From: Patescibacteria group bacterium
GTDB taxonomy: Bacteria > Patescibacteriota > Patescibacteriia > Magasanikbacterales > GWA2-37-8
NCBI GenBank assembly: GCA_041651015.1
Contig: JBAZKA010000002.1
Location: 6,163 to 70,162 of the forward strand
Length of the DNA stretch: 64,000 nucleotides
Direction of reading: 5' to 3'
Part shown: piece after piece, positions 39,594 to 50,089 of the stretch
Layout: each line of letters opens with the position of its first letter
Numbering within the stretch: the stretch's first letter is position 1
Notes under the pieces: model-generated
What the model was told of the DNA's origin: nothing
Databases searched by the model: none
What the model saw: the letters and a program-made list of their open reading frames with translations, nothing else
Translations under genes and position numbers: made by a program

Positions 39594-40138
39594 TGAATTT
39601 AAATTTGAATTTTTTGCCGCAAAAAAATCGCCGTGATATTATCACTGTCTCTTGGCTGGGTTTGGCTTTAAATGTAATTCGTTCTACTGTTTTCGCGCTT
39701 ATTATATTTGATGCATTTCTCGTTTTGCTTTGGTATGCGATTGATGAACAAAATGCCGTCCTCACCCGCCAATCAAACGAATCCGTCGGCAATAGTGCTT
39801 TCTACGGTCAAGAAATAGCTTATATCAACAAAAAAATCAGTGCCTTATCACAAGCCGGCAGCAGTTTTGGCATGCTCACACCCAGATTTTATACCATTAT
39901 TGATAATCTACCAGCCGACATTAAATTAAGGAATTTAAATGTCGGTCTTGACCAATCCGCTTCCATGATGCTCGCCGGCACGGCTAAAACGCGCGACTCC
40001 ATGATTGCTTACGCCGAAGAATTACAGAAAATCTCTTGGATTGAGTCTGTAGTTTTGCCAAAAAGTTTACTCTTGCAAAAAGAAAACATAGATTTTAATT
40101 TAGAGATTACATTAAAACCGATTTCTACCGATCTATGA
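39590..40138 (+). CDS. pilN: PilN-like fimbrial assembly protein
   Basis: N-terminal LNFLPQKNRR motif followed by TM; 4-bp overlap with pilM. Confidence 0.6.
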   Translation: MMNLNLNFLPQKNRRDIITVSWLGLALNVIRSTVFALIIFDAFLVLLWYAIDEQNAVLTRQSNESVGNSAFYGQEIAYINKKISALSQAGSSFGMLTPRFYTIIDNLPADIKLRNLNVGLDQSASMMLAGTAKTRDSMIAYAEELQKISWIESVVLPKSLLLQKENIDFNLEITLKPISTDL

Positions 40139-40680
40139 AAATGTCACCATTAAAATCAATTATTGTCTTTACGGTAATACTCGCGACGGTCGTTGTCGCA
40201 CTGATAGTCGGCGCCTTTATTGTTCAAAATAAAATTGTCGCCGGCAGTATGGCGGTAAACGAACAAATTGAACGGTTAAATAAAAAACGTCTTACCGCGG
40301 AAAATTTGCGCAGTAATTTAGCATTGGCGAAAGACGTCAAAACGCAGATTGCCAATTATGACAGCTTGCTTTTGCCTCAAAGCGCCGAATTGGAACTAAT
40401 CACCGATTTGGAAAATATCGCCGCAAAAAATAAAGTAAATCAAAGAATCGACGCTTCAAATCTTGATAATTACACAAACGGAAAAATAGAAATCACCCTA
40501 AATGTCTCCGGCACTTATACTGATGTTCTAAAATACATTTCCAGTTTGGAACAATACAAATATTTAATCACCATTGAACGCATAGATTTCTCTCCCGGCG
40601 CCTCCAACCCGACTGACGGCAACTCTCAACCGCGCGCGTCTTCGCAGATAAAAATTTCCTTATATGCAAATCCTGAATAA
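40135..40680 (+). CDS. PilO-like protein
   Basis: single N-terminal TM then coiled coil; position after pilN. Confidence 0.45.
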   Translation: MKMSPLKSIIVFTVILATVVVALIVGAFIVQNKIVAGSMAVNEQIERLNKKRLTAENLRSNLALAKDVKTQIANYDSLLLPQSAELELITDLENIAAKNKVNQRIDASNLDNYTNGKIEITLNVSGTYTDVLKYISSLEQYKYLITIERIDFSPGASNPTDGNSQPRASSQIKISLYANPE

Positions 40681-41068
40681 ATCAGCCAACCTAACGCGCC
40701 CGGCGCACACTTCGGCGCAAAGCCGAAAAAATTATTCTATCTGGTTGAGTGTACAATTCTCTTTAATTTTTATTATTGCCGTTGCACTGACTATTGAGGG
40801 TTTTCTTGTTTACCGAAATACGTTAAAACTTTTGAACAGTTCCAATCAGTACATGATGGACAAAGCCGGTATTGAAGCCTCCACTGAAATAAACCAAAAC
40901 GGATTAAAACAAACCGAACTGATCATGGACAAAAAACAAAAACCACCGACTCCTCCGGAAAAACTCAGGAATATTTTTCAATTTGACTCTTACGCAATTA
41001 TATATACCGGCGGTATTGTTGCCCCCGCCACCTCATCAACTACGGCCACAACTTCAATCTCGGAATAA
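40664..41068 (+). CDS. hypothetical membrane protein in pilus operon
   Basis: 134 aa, one TM, no motif recognised. Confidence 0.35.
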   Translation: MQILNKSANLTRPAHTSAQSRKNYSIWLSVQFSLIFIIAVALTIEGFLVYRNTLKLLNSSNQYMMDKAGIEASTEINQNGLKQTELIMDKKQKPPTPPEKLRNIFQFDSYAIIYTGGIVAPATSSTTATTSISE

Positions 41069-41074
41069 TATATT

Positions 41075-42280
41075 ATGGACGAACCGGCCATTAACTCACA
41101 CTGCTTTACCTTGGGAAATTTTCCTGAACTATCTTCGGCTGAAATTGTTTCTCTGCTAAAACTCACGGCGAATGATTATAATTATTCGCCTCCTTTTTTA
41201 TTTGTGGACAAAAAAATTGATGATCCCGCCGCGCTTGCCGTTGCTCTTGGCGGCACTATCAAAATCGGCCGGGTAATCGGCCGTTGCCAAAACGAAGACG
41301 AGCTGGTGGAAATTATTTCCGATGAATTGTCGGAAATACAAACAAAAAAAATATTCGGTTTGAGCTATTATTCAGACGAGGAAAACGATGAGCGAGTTGA
41401 TTTCGTGGAACAACTGGGCAAGGCCGTAAAAAAACATTTAACCGAAACAGGCGCCGGCGCGCGCTACGTATATAATCGCGAGGCTGTTTTATCTTCAGTT
41501 ACGGTTACAAAAAATAATTTGACCAAAAAAGGCCGCGAGTTTATCATCATCAACAATAAAAATAATTATCTGGTAGTACTGACTCTGGCTGTCCAGCCGT
41601 TTGAGGACTGGGGCGCACGGGATTTTGGCCGTCCCGGACGCGACGATTTGAGCGGGATGTTGCCGCCAAAATTGGCGCGTATGATGTTAAATCTGGCCGG
41701 CTTATCACCCGAAAAGACAATTTTGGACCCCTTTTGCGGCTCCGGCACCATACTGTCCGAGGCCCTGGCCTGCGGATACCGCCATCTCATTGGCGCGGAC
41801 ATTTCCGAACGAGCCGTTAACGATACGGCCAAAAATATTGAATGGCTGCAAAATTGCAAACCGGAACTACACGCGGAAATACAAATTTTCGCCGCCGACG
41901 CCGCTGAAATAAACAAAAAAATTCCGTCAAAATCAGTGGATGGAATTATCGCTGAACCTTATTTGGGCAAACCGCTGAGAGGACACGAACCAAAAGAAAT
42001 TTTAAATCAGCAGGCGGATGAATTGAAACAAATATATTTACGCGCCTTTGCCGAGTTTAAAAAAATATTAAAACCTAACGGTAAAATTATATTTATTATC
42101 CCGCGTTTTCGCACCGGAGATGAATGGGTAAAAATTAACTGTCTCAAAGAAATTGAGGCAATGGGTTTTACAGCCGAACCACTCTTTTCTTTTAAAGACA
42201 AAAAACTTTTCTCTCTTCTATATTGGAGAAACAATCAACATGTTGGCCGTGAAATTTGGAAATTTACTTTACAACCGTAG
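41075..42280 (+). CDS. class I SAM-dependent methyltransferase (Trm11/RlmL-like, UPF0020-type)
   Basis: DPFCGSGT SAM motif and AEPYLG (NPPY-like) motif. Confidence 0.55.
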   Translation: MDEPAINSHCFTLGNFPELSSAEIVSLLKLTANDYNYSPPFLFVDKKIDDPAALAVALGGTIKIGRVIGRCQNEDELVEIISDELSEIQTKKIFGLSYYSDEENDERVDFVEQLGKAVKKHLTETGAGARYVYNREAVLSSVTVTKNNLTKKGREFIIINNKNNYLVVLTLAVQPFEDWGARDFGRPGRDDLSGMLPPKLARMMLNLAGLSPEKTILDPFCGSGTILSEALACGYRHLIGADISERAVNDTAKNIEWLQNCKPELHAEIQIFAADAAEINKKIPSKSVDGIIAEPYLGKPLRGHEPKEILNQQADELKQIYLRAFAEFKKILKPNGKIIFIIPRFRTGDEWVKINCLKEIEAMGFTAEPLFSFKDKKLFSLLYWRNNQHVGREIWKFTLQP

Positions 42281-43391
42281 CGGCCGTAGCTGAAGAAGAC
42301 GATGATAACGTCGTTAGTGTCCGAGCGGATACTGTGGTTAGAGGCTTCACTGTGATGGTGGAAGTCGCTATGTTGGTTGTACCGGTTGACGAAGCAGTTG
42401 TAGCATGGGTCGCGGAAGAACTTGTATCGGTTGACGCGCCAGATGCGTCAACCGCGTTAGTCGCGGATACAGTCGTAGTTGCGGCCGTATCTTGAGTAGT
42501 GGTTACAGTATTAGTATTCTGGGAACTATTTTTTTCTTCATTAATAGTTTCAACGTATAATTCTTGCGATTGCACTTCGGTTAAGCCCAGAGACTCGGCT
42601 GATTTCAGCTGATTAGTAATCTTCAAATCTGCTTCAATCGCGCGTATAATCCACGCTTGTTCAAGTAATTTCTTCGGAGATACCCTGACCCAATCCGCGA
42701 GCTTCGCGGTTTTTTTGGTTAAAGCTTCAATATCGGCCGCGGCCACAACTACATATTTACCTTCGCCGACAACGGCTTCTTGCCCGATAATCGCTTCACC
42801 GGTGGCCGGATTTAAAGCGCGAACCGTCACCTGATGTTCCGAACCAATGATGGTTGTAGCATCTTTCGCAAAACTAACACCAAACGCGGTACCGCGGACG
42901 GCAGCCACGGCATTTGATGTCTGTACTTCCCAAAACGATTCGGGTGTGGCCAACTTTATTATTTTTGACCACATATTCCCCGCCGCTAATTTGAGCCTAA
43001 CGCTTAAAGTTTTATTTGTTTCGTTATACGAGCCAACGGAAATTACAACGCGCGTGTTTGAATCCAATCGTGCCACCGAACCGTCCGGAAAAACAATGTT
43101 GGCCAAACCAGTTTCATTGGTTTCAACTTGAGCTCCCTCGTTTAATTCATCACCGGTCAGTAAAGTTGTGCTTGGCGTATTGGTCGCGGTTAAATAAACT
43201 CCACCGGCAATAACTTGGATCCACGGTTTGCTAATTTGCGGTTCTTCAACTGTCGGCGTGGTCGTGACGGTTTCAGTCATTTGAACAGGCTGGGGCTGTT
43301 CAACAACTTTTTTGTTGCCACAACCTGTAAGCAGCATGGCGCCGGCGACAAACATCACAAATGCAATAATAACTCCAATGGTGCGTTTCAT
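42264..43391 (-). CDS. lipoprotein with FecR-like domain and Thr/Ser/Ala-rich C-terminal region
   Basis: lipobox LLTGC; low-complexity C-terminus. Confidence 0.5.
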   Translation of the reverse strand: MKRTIGVIIAFVMFVAGAMLLTGCGNKKVVEQPQPVQMTETVTTTPTVEEPQISKPWIQVIAGGVYLTATNTPSTTLLTGDELNEGAQVETNETGLANIVFPDGSVARLDSNTRVVISVGSYNETNKTLSVRLKLAAGNMWSKIIKLATPESFWEVQTSNAVAAVRGTAFGVSFAKDATTIIGSEHQVTVRALNPATGEAIIGQEAVVGEGKYVVVAAADIEALTKKTAKLADWVRVSPKKLLEQAWIIRAIEADLKITNQLKSAESLGLTEVQSQELYVETINEEKNSSQNTNTVTTTQDTAATTTVSATNAVDASGASTDTSSSATHATTASSTGTTNIATSTITVKPLTTVSARTLTTLSSSSSATAATVVK

Positions 43392-43411
43392 AAAAAAATT
43401 GATTATTATAA

Positions 43412-44488
43412 TTACGCGTTAATGTGAAAATATATTACATCCCCGTCTTTAACAATATAATCTTTCCCTTCCAAACGCATCTTACCGGTTTCTTTTATTT
43501 TACTCCACCCGCCAAATTTTACAAAATCCTGCCAGTCAACCACATCGGCCTTAATAAATCCTTTTATAAAATCCGTATGAATCACTCCGGCCGCCTCGGG
43601 CGCTTTGGCTCCAATACGCACAGTCCAAGCGCGGGTTTCAGGCTCGCCACTGGTCAAAAATGTGGCTAAATTTAGCAGTTTATAGCTAGCTTTAATCAGT
43701 CTATCCAAACCTGTCTCAGCCAAGCCCACACTTATTAAGTATTCAGCGGCTTCTTCCGGGCTTAAATCCGCCAATTCAGCCTCCATCTTTGCGCAGATGG
43801 AAATTTGTCCGGTTAACTCATTGGTTAATTTAATTGCATCATCCTTGGCAATTTCATCAGTGTTCAAGACATAAAGCATGGGTTTCATTGTCAGCAGACA
43901 CAATTCCTTCATCTCAACTTTTTCTTCATCCGAATAATCCAACTCGCGCGCCGAGCCGCCGTTTTCCAGATGTTTATAAACTCGTTCCAATAACTCAATG
44001 GATTTTTGAAAATCCTTGGCTGCCGCGCCTTTGGCATTTTTCTTGGTTGTGTCTAAACGCTTGCCCACGGTTTGTAAATCCGCCAGTGCGAGCTCCATAT
44101 TAATTACCTCGGCGTCATCAATCGGACTGATTTTATTGTTCACGTGAATCACGTTGGGGTCGGAAAACCCGCGCACCACTTGCGCAATAGCGTCCACCTC
44201 GCGGATGTGCGATAAAAATTTATTGCCCAAACCCTCACCCTTGGATGCGCCTGCCACCAAACCGGCAATGTCCACAAATTCAATCACGGTCGGGACAATT
44301 TTTTGCGATTTTGATATCTCGGCTAATTTAGCCAAACGTTCATCGGGAACTTCAACCACACCGACGTTAGGGTCAATGGTACAAAAAGGGTAATTTTGAG
44401 CGTTGGCTTGTTTACTGCGGGTCAAAGCGTTAAACAATGTTGATTTTCCCACATTGGGCAGACCGACAATTCCAACAGAAAGGGACAT
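43412..44488 (-). CDS. ychF: ribosome-binding ATPase YchF
   Basis: GIVGLPNVGKSTLFNALT G1 motif; TGS-like C-terminus. Confidence 0.9.
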   Translation of the reverse strand: MSLSVGIVGLPNVGKSTLFNALTRSKQANAQNYPFCTIDPNVGVVEVPDERLAKLAEISKSQKIVPTVIEFVDIAGLVAGASKGEGLGNKFLSHIREVDAIAQVVRGFSDPNVIHVNNKISPIDDAEVINMELALADLQTVGKRLDTTKKNAKGAAAKDFQKSIELLERVYKHLENGGSARELDYSDEEKVEMKELCLLTMKPMLYVLNTDEIAKDDAIKLTNELTGQISICAKMEAELADLSPEEAAEYLISVGLAETGLDRLIKASYKLLNLATFLTSGEPETRAWTVRIGAKAPEAAGVIHTDFIKGFIKADVVDWQDFVKFGGWSKIKETGKMRLEGKDYIVKDGDVIYFHINA

Positions 44489-44553
44489 AGGTGATTTATT
44501 ATATAATAGTGGTGATATTATCGCTTAAAATACTAAATAATGCAAGATGTTTC

Positions 44554-44581
44554 TTGACAATTTATATATCTAATGTATAAT
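44554..44581 (+). promoter_or_regulatory. sigma70-like promoter of tRNA-Ala (TTGACA-16-TATAAT)
   Basis: TTGACA 44554-44559, TATAAT 44576-44581; tRNA starts about 12 nt downstream. Confidence 0.55.
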
Positions 44582-44593
44582 ATTGTGCATTAT

Positions 44594-44670
44594 GGGCCTT
44601 TAGCTCAGCTGGCTAGAGCGCTTCCATGGCATGGAAGAGGTCAAGGGTTCAAATCCCTTAAGGTCCACCA
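44594..44670 (+). tRNA. tRNA-Ala (anticodon GGC), CCA encoded
   Basis: cloverleaf folded by hand: acceptor GGGCCTT/AAGGTCC with G3:U70, anticodon loop AUGGCAU, T-loop TTCAAAT. Confidence 0.85.
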
Positions 44671-44671
44671 A

Positions 44672-44706
44672 AAAAATCAGCCCGCTTGTTCGGACTGATT
44701 TTTTTA
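44672..44706. terminator. bidirectional intrinsic terminator
   Basis: AAAAAAATCAGCCCGCTTGTTCGGACTGATTTTTTT. Confidence 0.6.
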
Positions 44707-44708
44707 CA

Positions 44709-47603
44709 TCATAATTCAATTTTTGGCTCTACTGACTTGTCTGCAGAAGCCGGCGGTTTTGTCTCTAACACCGGAGGCACACTGGGCGCTGGAGGCTCAA
44801 CCTTGCCCGCGAACATTGGCACATCAATCTTTACCACTTCGTTTTTCTCTTTAATCTTAATATCCGGACTGGTGGCTTTTTCATAGCCCGCCTTTTCAAA
44901 GGTCACATAATAATCGTTCGGACCAACCATAAAGGAATATCGTCCTTTGCCATCCGTGATTTCCGTGGCAATAAGTTTGTTGAACTGTTTACTAAAGAGA
45001 CGAGCCACTACGTGATTAATCGGTTTCTTGTCTGACTTGTCATAAACAATACCCCAGTTCTTAGGCTTTTTTGGTATGGCCAAGCGTCGGAACATAATAT
45101 AAAGCAAAACTTGGAAAACCAGGAATCCAATCGTCCAGGCATTTGGTAAGATAATAACTGCAAGCAAACCGGCGGCAATGGAAAGCGAGGCAATAAACTT
45201 TTGCGCCTCGCGCAACCACTTATCAATAATAATACGACGCGGGGTTTTATCTTTGACGCCAATCGGATCAAGCGGAATATTGGCTGTGATGGTGGCATAT
45301 TTATCATCAACATGTAATGGTTCGCCGTGATACAGATCCAGATAACCGGTATCTTCTTTTAAGTCTTGCAAAATTTTTGTTGGGAAAGTAAAACCGTCTT
45401 TGGTCACCTCAATCCTATATAATCCGGGATCAATAAAGAATGAGTATCGTCCCTCGCCGTCAGTGACGCGAGATTGAACAATGCGTCCGGTCTTCGCATC
45501 CAGCAAGCGAACCACGGCCAGATCAACGGGAATTTTTGTGAGCGAATTGTATACCACGCCCCATTTTTTGCGTCGTCTATAGCCAAGCAAGAATATCGGT
45601 TGGAAGAATATATAGCGTAAATACGCGATGATATTTGAAAGTACAGCCGGAATTGTGGCAATGGCGGCTGCAGCCAAGGCAATAGGCGCCACCTGATTCT
45701 CAGCCGCTTTTTCCACCACCGGGTCATTGCGGCTTTCAATTATTTTTGACGTTTGCTCGCCGACCACATCGGCCACATAAGCGGCCTTTTCCGAGACCGG
45801 CACTGTTGTATCCAATAAGTCCATGGCCGCGACCAAATTTATTGAACGATTGATAATATGGTCTGTCACCTGAAAACCACTTGTCTGTATTCGACGATAA
45901 CCATTGGCTTCAGCAATTAGGCGATAAGATCCGTTAGGCACCGTGAAGCCCCAAGTGCCATATTCATCAGAATTAGCATTGGCCACTGTCACGTAATTAT
46001 TTCCGGAAAGTTGTTGTAATTGAATATACGCGCCGATAAGCGACGAGGTTCCACCATCAGCATCTTTGCCAATGACTTTACCACGGCTCGCGACCGAAAC
46101 GCTAAACGGTACCACAGCTTGTTCGTCTGTGCCATATTGCACAGTCAGCGCCGCATGTGTCGTACCAACGGCGGATAAACCGGGCACGTCCACCGCGTAC
46201 ATTCTCAAACCATTGTCATAATATAAGCGATATGATTTTTCTCCGATGAGCAATTCCACGGACGAAACTTGTTCTTTTATCCCGCTAATATCGGCCGCAA
46301 CAGTAAAGGGCGAGGCAGCTAACACATGTACGGTACGTGAGGAATCTGGCGTTGTCTCCACAGTTCTATTGGCTAAATAAAATTTCAAATTGGAAGCCGT
46401 GAAATATTGATCAACCACTTCCTCAATGACACCCGTCACTTCGGTGGAAGTGGTAATGGTCGGACAAATAAAATCCCCAAAGACGAATTCATTATTGTCA
46501 TTCTCGCTGACACAACCCGTGTCGGCCATATCAATCAAACCGTCACTGTCATTATCAGCACCATCACTACACTGTGGCGTAGTACTGGCTGTGGTCGGAC
46601 ATTCGGCCGAAGTACCACCACCGGCTACTGGCGTGCCGGTCGCGCAAACAAAATCACCAGACAAAAGTTCATTATTATCGGTGACGTCGCTGCAACCGGT
46701 ATCGCTCGGAAAATCAATCTCACCATCGCCATCATTGTCCATACCATCATTGCACTGAGCTGTAATAGCGCTGGCTGAACAACCGAGTGCGGCGCAAGTC
46801 AAATCATTAAACTCATAAGTGCGCGTCATGCTGTTGCCGGCTTTGTCTGATACATTTACCGTCACTTCAACTTTTAGTTCCGGAGTTAAATTATTTACCG
46901 GATCAATAATAATTGAATACCACTTATCATCCGTACCATGGGCGGTCTGGGAAATATTGGCATCCAGCGTAATTCCATTTTGAACTACTGTCGAGCTGAA
47001 CGTGCTCATATTTAAACCCGAACCATCATCGCGCAAATCAAATATAATATTCTGTCCGACCGGATGATTTGGTTTGCCCGCGACCGGATTTAAATTGGAC
47101 ATATACGGCGGCGCCGTCTCACAATACCCATCAATCACGGTAAACGACGCTGACCCAACATCGGTCAAAATATTTACACTGGTCGGATAATCGGCAATTT
47201 TACTGGTGACATCATCAGTTGTATTTAAAATTCCCAAATTTAACGAGCCGTTCGCGCTGGGCGTAATAGAAATCGTAGCAAAATCCAAACCACCGCCTGT
47301 CACATTACCGCTATATCCATATAAACCCAAGTAGCCTGATGGCGTACCGGGCGGTGTGCCATAGGCGGAAAATGATCCGGCCCCGCTAATTCCATAAGCC
47401 CCGGTTCCCGTATGACTCACATAAATCTGCGCGCCGTTTGACGTAGCGCTACCGGTATCCATCTTAACATGGACAGTCGCCGCGCATCCTTTTATCAAAG
47501 TGCCGGAACTGGGTTCAAAATAAAAACCGGCGGCCAGCGCATTGGTATGAAGCAGACAAAATCCAAACGCGGTAAATAATATAAATAGCAGGAATTTTTT
47601 CAT
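44709..47603 (-). CDS. large secreted cell-surface protein (calcium-binding DxDxDG-like repeats, Ig-like domains, C-terminal TM segments)
   Basis: signal peptide; repeated C-x-DG-x-DND-x-DG-x-ID motifs. Confidence 0.6.
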   Translation of the reverse strand: MKKFLLFILFTAFGFCLLHTNALAAGFYFEPSSGTLIKGCAATVHVKMDTGSATSNGAQIYVSHTGTGAYGISGAGSFSAYGTPPGTPSGYLGLYGYSGNVTGGGLDFATISITPSANGSLNLGILNTTDDVTSKIADYPTSVNILTDVGSASFTVIDGYCETAPPYMSNLNPVAGKPNHPVGQNIIFDLRDDGSGLNMSTFSSTVVQNGITLDANISQTAHGTDDKWYSIIIDPVNNLTPELKVEVTVNVSDKAGNSMTRTYEFNDLTCAALGCSASAITAQCNDGMDNDGDGEIDFPSDTGCSDVTDNNELLSGDFVCATGTPVAGGGTSAECPTTASTTPQCSDGADNDSDGLIDMADTGCVSENDNNEFVFGDFICPTITTSTEVTGVIEEVVDQYFTASNLKFYLANRTVETTPDSSRTVHVLAASPFTVAADISGIKEQVSSVELLIGEKSYRLYYDNGLRMYAVDVPGLSAVGTTHAALTVQYGTDEQAVVPFSVSVASRGKVIGKDADGGTSSLIGAYIQLQQLSGNNYVTVANANSDEYGTWGFTVPNGSYRLIAEANGYRRIQTSGFQVTDHIINRSINLVAAMDLLDTTVPVSEKAAYVADVVGEQTSKIIESRNDPVVEKAAENQVAPIALAAAAIATIPAVLSNIIAYLRYIFFQPIFLLGYRRRKKWGVVYNSLTKIPVDLAVVRLLDAKTGRIVQSRVTDGEGRYSFFIDPGLYRIEVTKDGFTFPTKILQDLKEDTGYLDLYHGEPLHVDDKYATITANIPLDPIGVKDKTPRRIIIDKWLREAQKFIASLSIAAGLLAVIILPNAWTIGFLVFQVLLYIMFRRLAIPKKPKNWGIVYDKSDKKPINHVVARLFSKQFNKLIATEITDGKGRYSFMVGPNDYYVTFEKAGYEKATSPDIKIKEKNEVVKIDVPMFAGKVEPPAPSVPPVLETKPPASADKSVEPKIEL

Positions 47604-47608
47604 ATAAA

Positions 47609-48592
47609 TTATACGGCGTCGCCGCGCATGTTAAAGTTGGTCAACACAGCGCTGATGTCCAAGACATCAACCGCGCCGTCACGATTTAAATCAAAAATTT
47701 TTTGGCTGGAATTAAACTCTATGTCTTCTTTAGACACATCCAGAATATCCACAAAGTTATCTTTTAACCCAGTCCCCTGCACATCTCCGGTATAAAGATA
47801 AAATGTATTGGCTTGAGTAAAATCCAAAGTTGTATTTGAACCATTGACGATATTCACATTTATTATACGTTTAGCCAGATGCGCTTCGCCCTTCAGCATG
47901 GCGTCATAAGTCCCAACCGGAATTCCATTGCCGGAAATAGTGGTGGAACCGGTGGCGCCAAAAGATAAGTCCGTGGAATATGCCAACGCTTTGGTCGTGG
48001 AATCATACAGACGCAAAGTCGCGCCCATATCATAGTTCCCACCGGTCTTGGGCACGCGTTTTTCCGGTTTTGCCAATATTATTAAATTATTTTTGAACTC
48101 AGACGCGAGCGTGGAAAACATTCCGGTAGCCGTGCCGGGATTGCCATAAGTATCCAGACAGGAAATCAAAAAATAATAATCTGTGCCCATGAGTAAACCG
48201 GATAAATCAGCATAAAAAGACGAGCCCGAACCCGCTACTGTTGCCGAATGGCCATAAGCGGTTGACTCGCCATAATAAAAAGTACAATTCAAAATTGCAT
48301 TGTCATCCACCGCGGTCCACGAAACAGTGCTGGTCGTAAAATTAACAGTTGAAGACACGTTGGAAATAACCGGCGGGTTGGTATCAGTAGGACCGCCACC
48401 CGGAGGTTCTTCCGGTTCTTCTTCAGTACTGGATGTCACGCGCAAAGACACGTCAATATCTTGACTGGCAGAATATAATAAATCTTTGGCCCGCGCCACA
48501 AAACACCCCCCAATTAAGATTGCGGTGACTAATAATATTTTTATTTTAAATTTTAAACTCATACTACATTTTTTTCTTTTGGTTTTTTGCAA
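47609..48592 (-). CDS. secreted protein with fibronectin-III-like and C-terminal dockerin-like repeats
   Basis: signal peptide; DLNRDGAVDVLD dockerin-type Ca-binding loop. Confidence 0.5.
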   Translation of the reverse strand: MQKTKRKKCSMSLKFKIKILLVTAILIGGCFVARAKDLLYSASQDIDVSLRVTSSTEEEPEEPPGGGPTDTNPPVISNVSSTVNFTTSTVSWTAVDDNAILNCTFYYGESTAYGHSATVAGSGSSFYADLSGLLMGTDYYFLISCLDTYGNPGTATGMFSTLASEFKNNLIILAKPEKRVPKTGGNYDMGATLRLYDSTTKALAYSTDLSFGATGSTTISGNGIPVGTYDAMLKGEAHLAKRIINVNIVNGSNTTLDFTQANTFYLYTGDVQGTGLKDNFVDILDVSKEDIEFNSSQKIFDLNRDGAVDVLDISAVLTNFNMRGDAV

Positions 48593-49433
48593 CCCCTACT
48601 ATCGCGATAATTATGATAAGTATCAAAAAAATAGAGCATGGCGGAAAATACCAAACAGTTTTAGTCGCCACCGCTGTTTGACCGGTCAATCCGTATTTGA
48701 TTTTGTATTGAAATTCATATGGCCCGGGCAAATTAAAATTTTTCACTTTAATTTCACCGCCATATTTACGCGCCGCGCCCGGAAGGAGCATGGCTTCACT
48801 TATCACTTTTTGATCCACTACAATATGACCGAGCCAATTTCGCGCGCTTATATTCACGTCTACCGGTACTGACGCCGCGCCATTATTAAGGATGGAAAAT
48901 GTGAACGGCCATTTATTACCAACAATGGATCGCGGAACCGTTGTCTCCGTAATAATCAGCGACTCCTGCACCATGCCGGCGACCTGCAAAACCAAAACAG
49001 ATATAATTTGCCCGCCCACCCCAATACTTTTTTCAGATTTGAGCGATGTTTGCTCCGCAGTCAGACCCAGGTAGTAAGACCCGGCTTTAGCGTCATTTGG
49101 CACGTTTATTTCAAAGACCACTTCTTTGGCTTGGCCGGGCGCCAACTCCACATATTTGTCTTTCGCCACCACCCAGCTCTCGGCGATATTCATCCCTGAT
49201 CCATAAATGATTGCGCCATCAGCCGACTGTTTCGCCCCCAATACCTTCAAGGCGTATTTTCTCTTGGTATTACTTGAATTAACAATAGATACAATCGCCG
49301 TCTGATCGGCCGAACCGGGCGCTACGGAAATCTGCTGTTTGAGCGGCCCCACTTGAAAACCCGCCGAACACTCGGAAGTAAATAATACATTGATCAGCGC
49401 AGCGGCAAATATTGTTATTAATATTTTTTTCAC
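48564..49433 (-). CDS. cell-surface protein (DUF916-like, C-terminal TM anchor)
   Basis: signal peptide and C-terminal hydrophobic anchor followed by KNQKKK. Confidence 0.45.
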   Translation of the reverse strand: MKKILITIFAAALINVLFTSECSAGFQVGPLKQQISVAPGSADQTAIVSIVNSSNTKRKYALKVLGAKQSADGAIIYGSGMNIAESWVVAKDKYVELAPGQAKEVVFEINVPNDAKAGSYYLGLTAEQTSLKSEKSIGVGGQIISVLVLQVAGMVQESLIITETTVPRSIVGNKWPFTFSILNNGAASVPVDVNISARNWLGHIVVDQKVISEAMLLPGAARKYGGEIKVKNFNLPGPYEFQYKIKYGLTGQTAVATKTVWYFPPCSIFLILIIIIAIVGVAKNQKKKM

Positions 49434-49442
49434 ATTATAAAA

Positions 49443-50084
49443 CTAAATATTGGCCGCGGCGGCAAATGAAATTGATTGCGCGTAATCACCGACAGCAGTT
49501 GACGCGCTTTTTGATGCTTTAAAACCCAATTCAATATTACTCGCGTTAGTTTCTCCATCATAAGAAGCTATGATCGTTCCCGTAGCCACAGCCGTATCGC
49601 CAATTATTAAACTGTCCGAACCAAGGGCGGCATAACCATATTCTTCCTGACCGGCTGTCACCGCACCATCTGCTACGTCGGTGATAGACGACCCGGAGAC
49701 TCCGGTGACGGAAAGCGAATAACCGGTGGAACTGTCAGTCCCAATAGTAATTGTGGTTGAAGCAATATTTACACTTGAAGTGCTTAACGTACCAAGGTCT
49801 AATGATTCATCGCTAATATCAAACGACAAATAACCGCGTTCCATATATTGATAACCGGCGCGGATTTCATAAATACTTGAAGAAGAATAGCCTGATGACA
49901 ATTCGCCGGAAGTGTCCTGCAAAATAAACGACCCTGCCGCCTGATAACCACCGCCGTTTTGCACACTATCGGCATAAATCTGATAATTAGCCGACGACAT
50001 TTCCGAAGCAACCGGATGTGGCATTCCGATTAAAATCAAACCGATCGCAATAAACGCCACCATTGACTTCATACGTAAATTCAT
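49443..50084 (-). CDS. secreted Ser/Gly/Thr-rich protein
   Basis: signal peptide; low-complexity beta-rich sequence. Confidence 0.45.
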   Translation of the reverse strand: MNLRMKSMVAFIAIGLILIGMPHPVASEMSSANYQIYADSVQNGGGYQAAGSFILQDTSGELSSGYSSSSIYEIRAGYQYMERGYLSFDISDESLDLGTLSTSSVNIASTTITIGTDSSTGYSLSVTGVSGSSITDVADGAVTAGQEEYGYAALGSDSLIIGDTAVATGTIIASYDGETNASNIELGFKASKSASTAVGDYAQSISFAAAANI

Positions 50085-50089
50085 TCTTA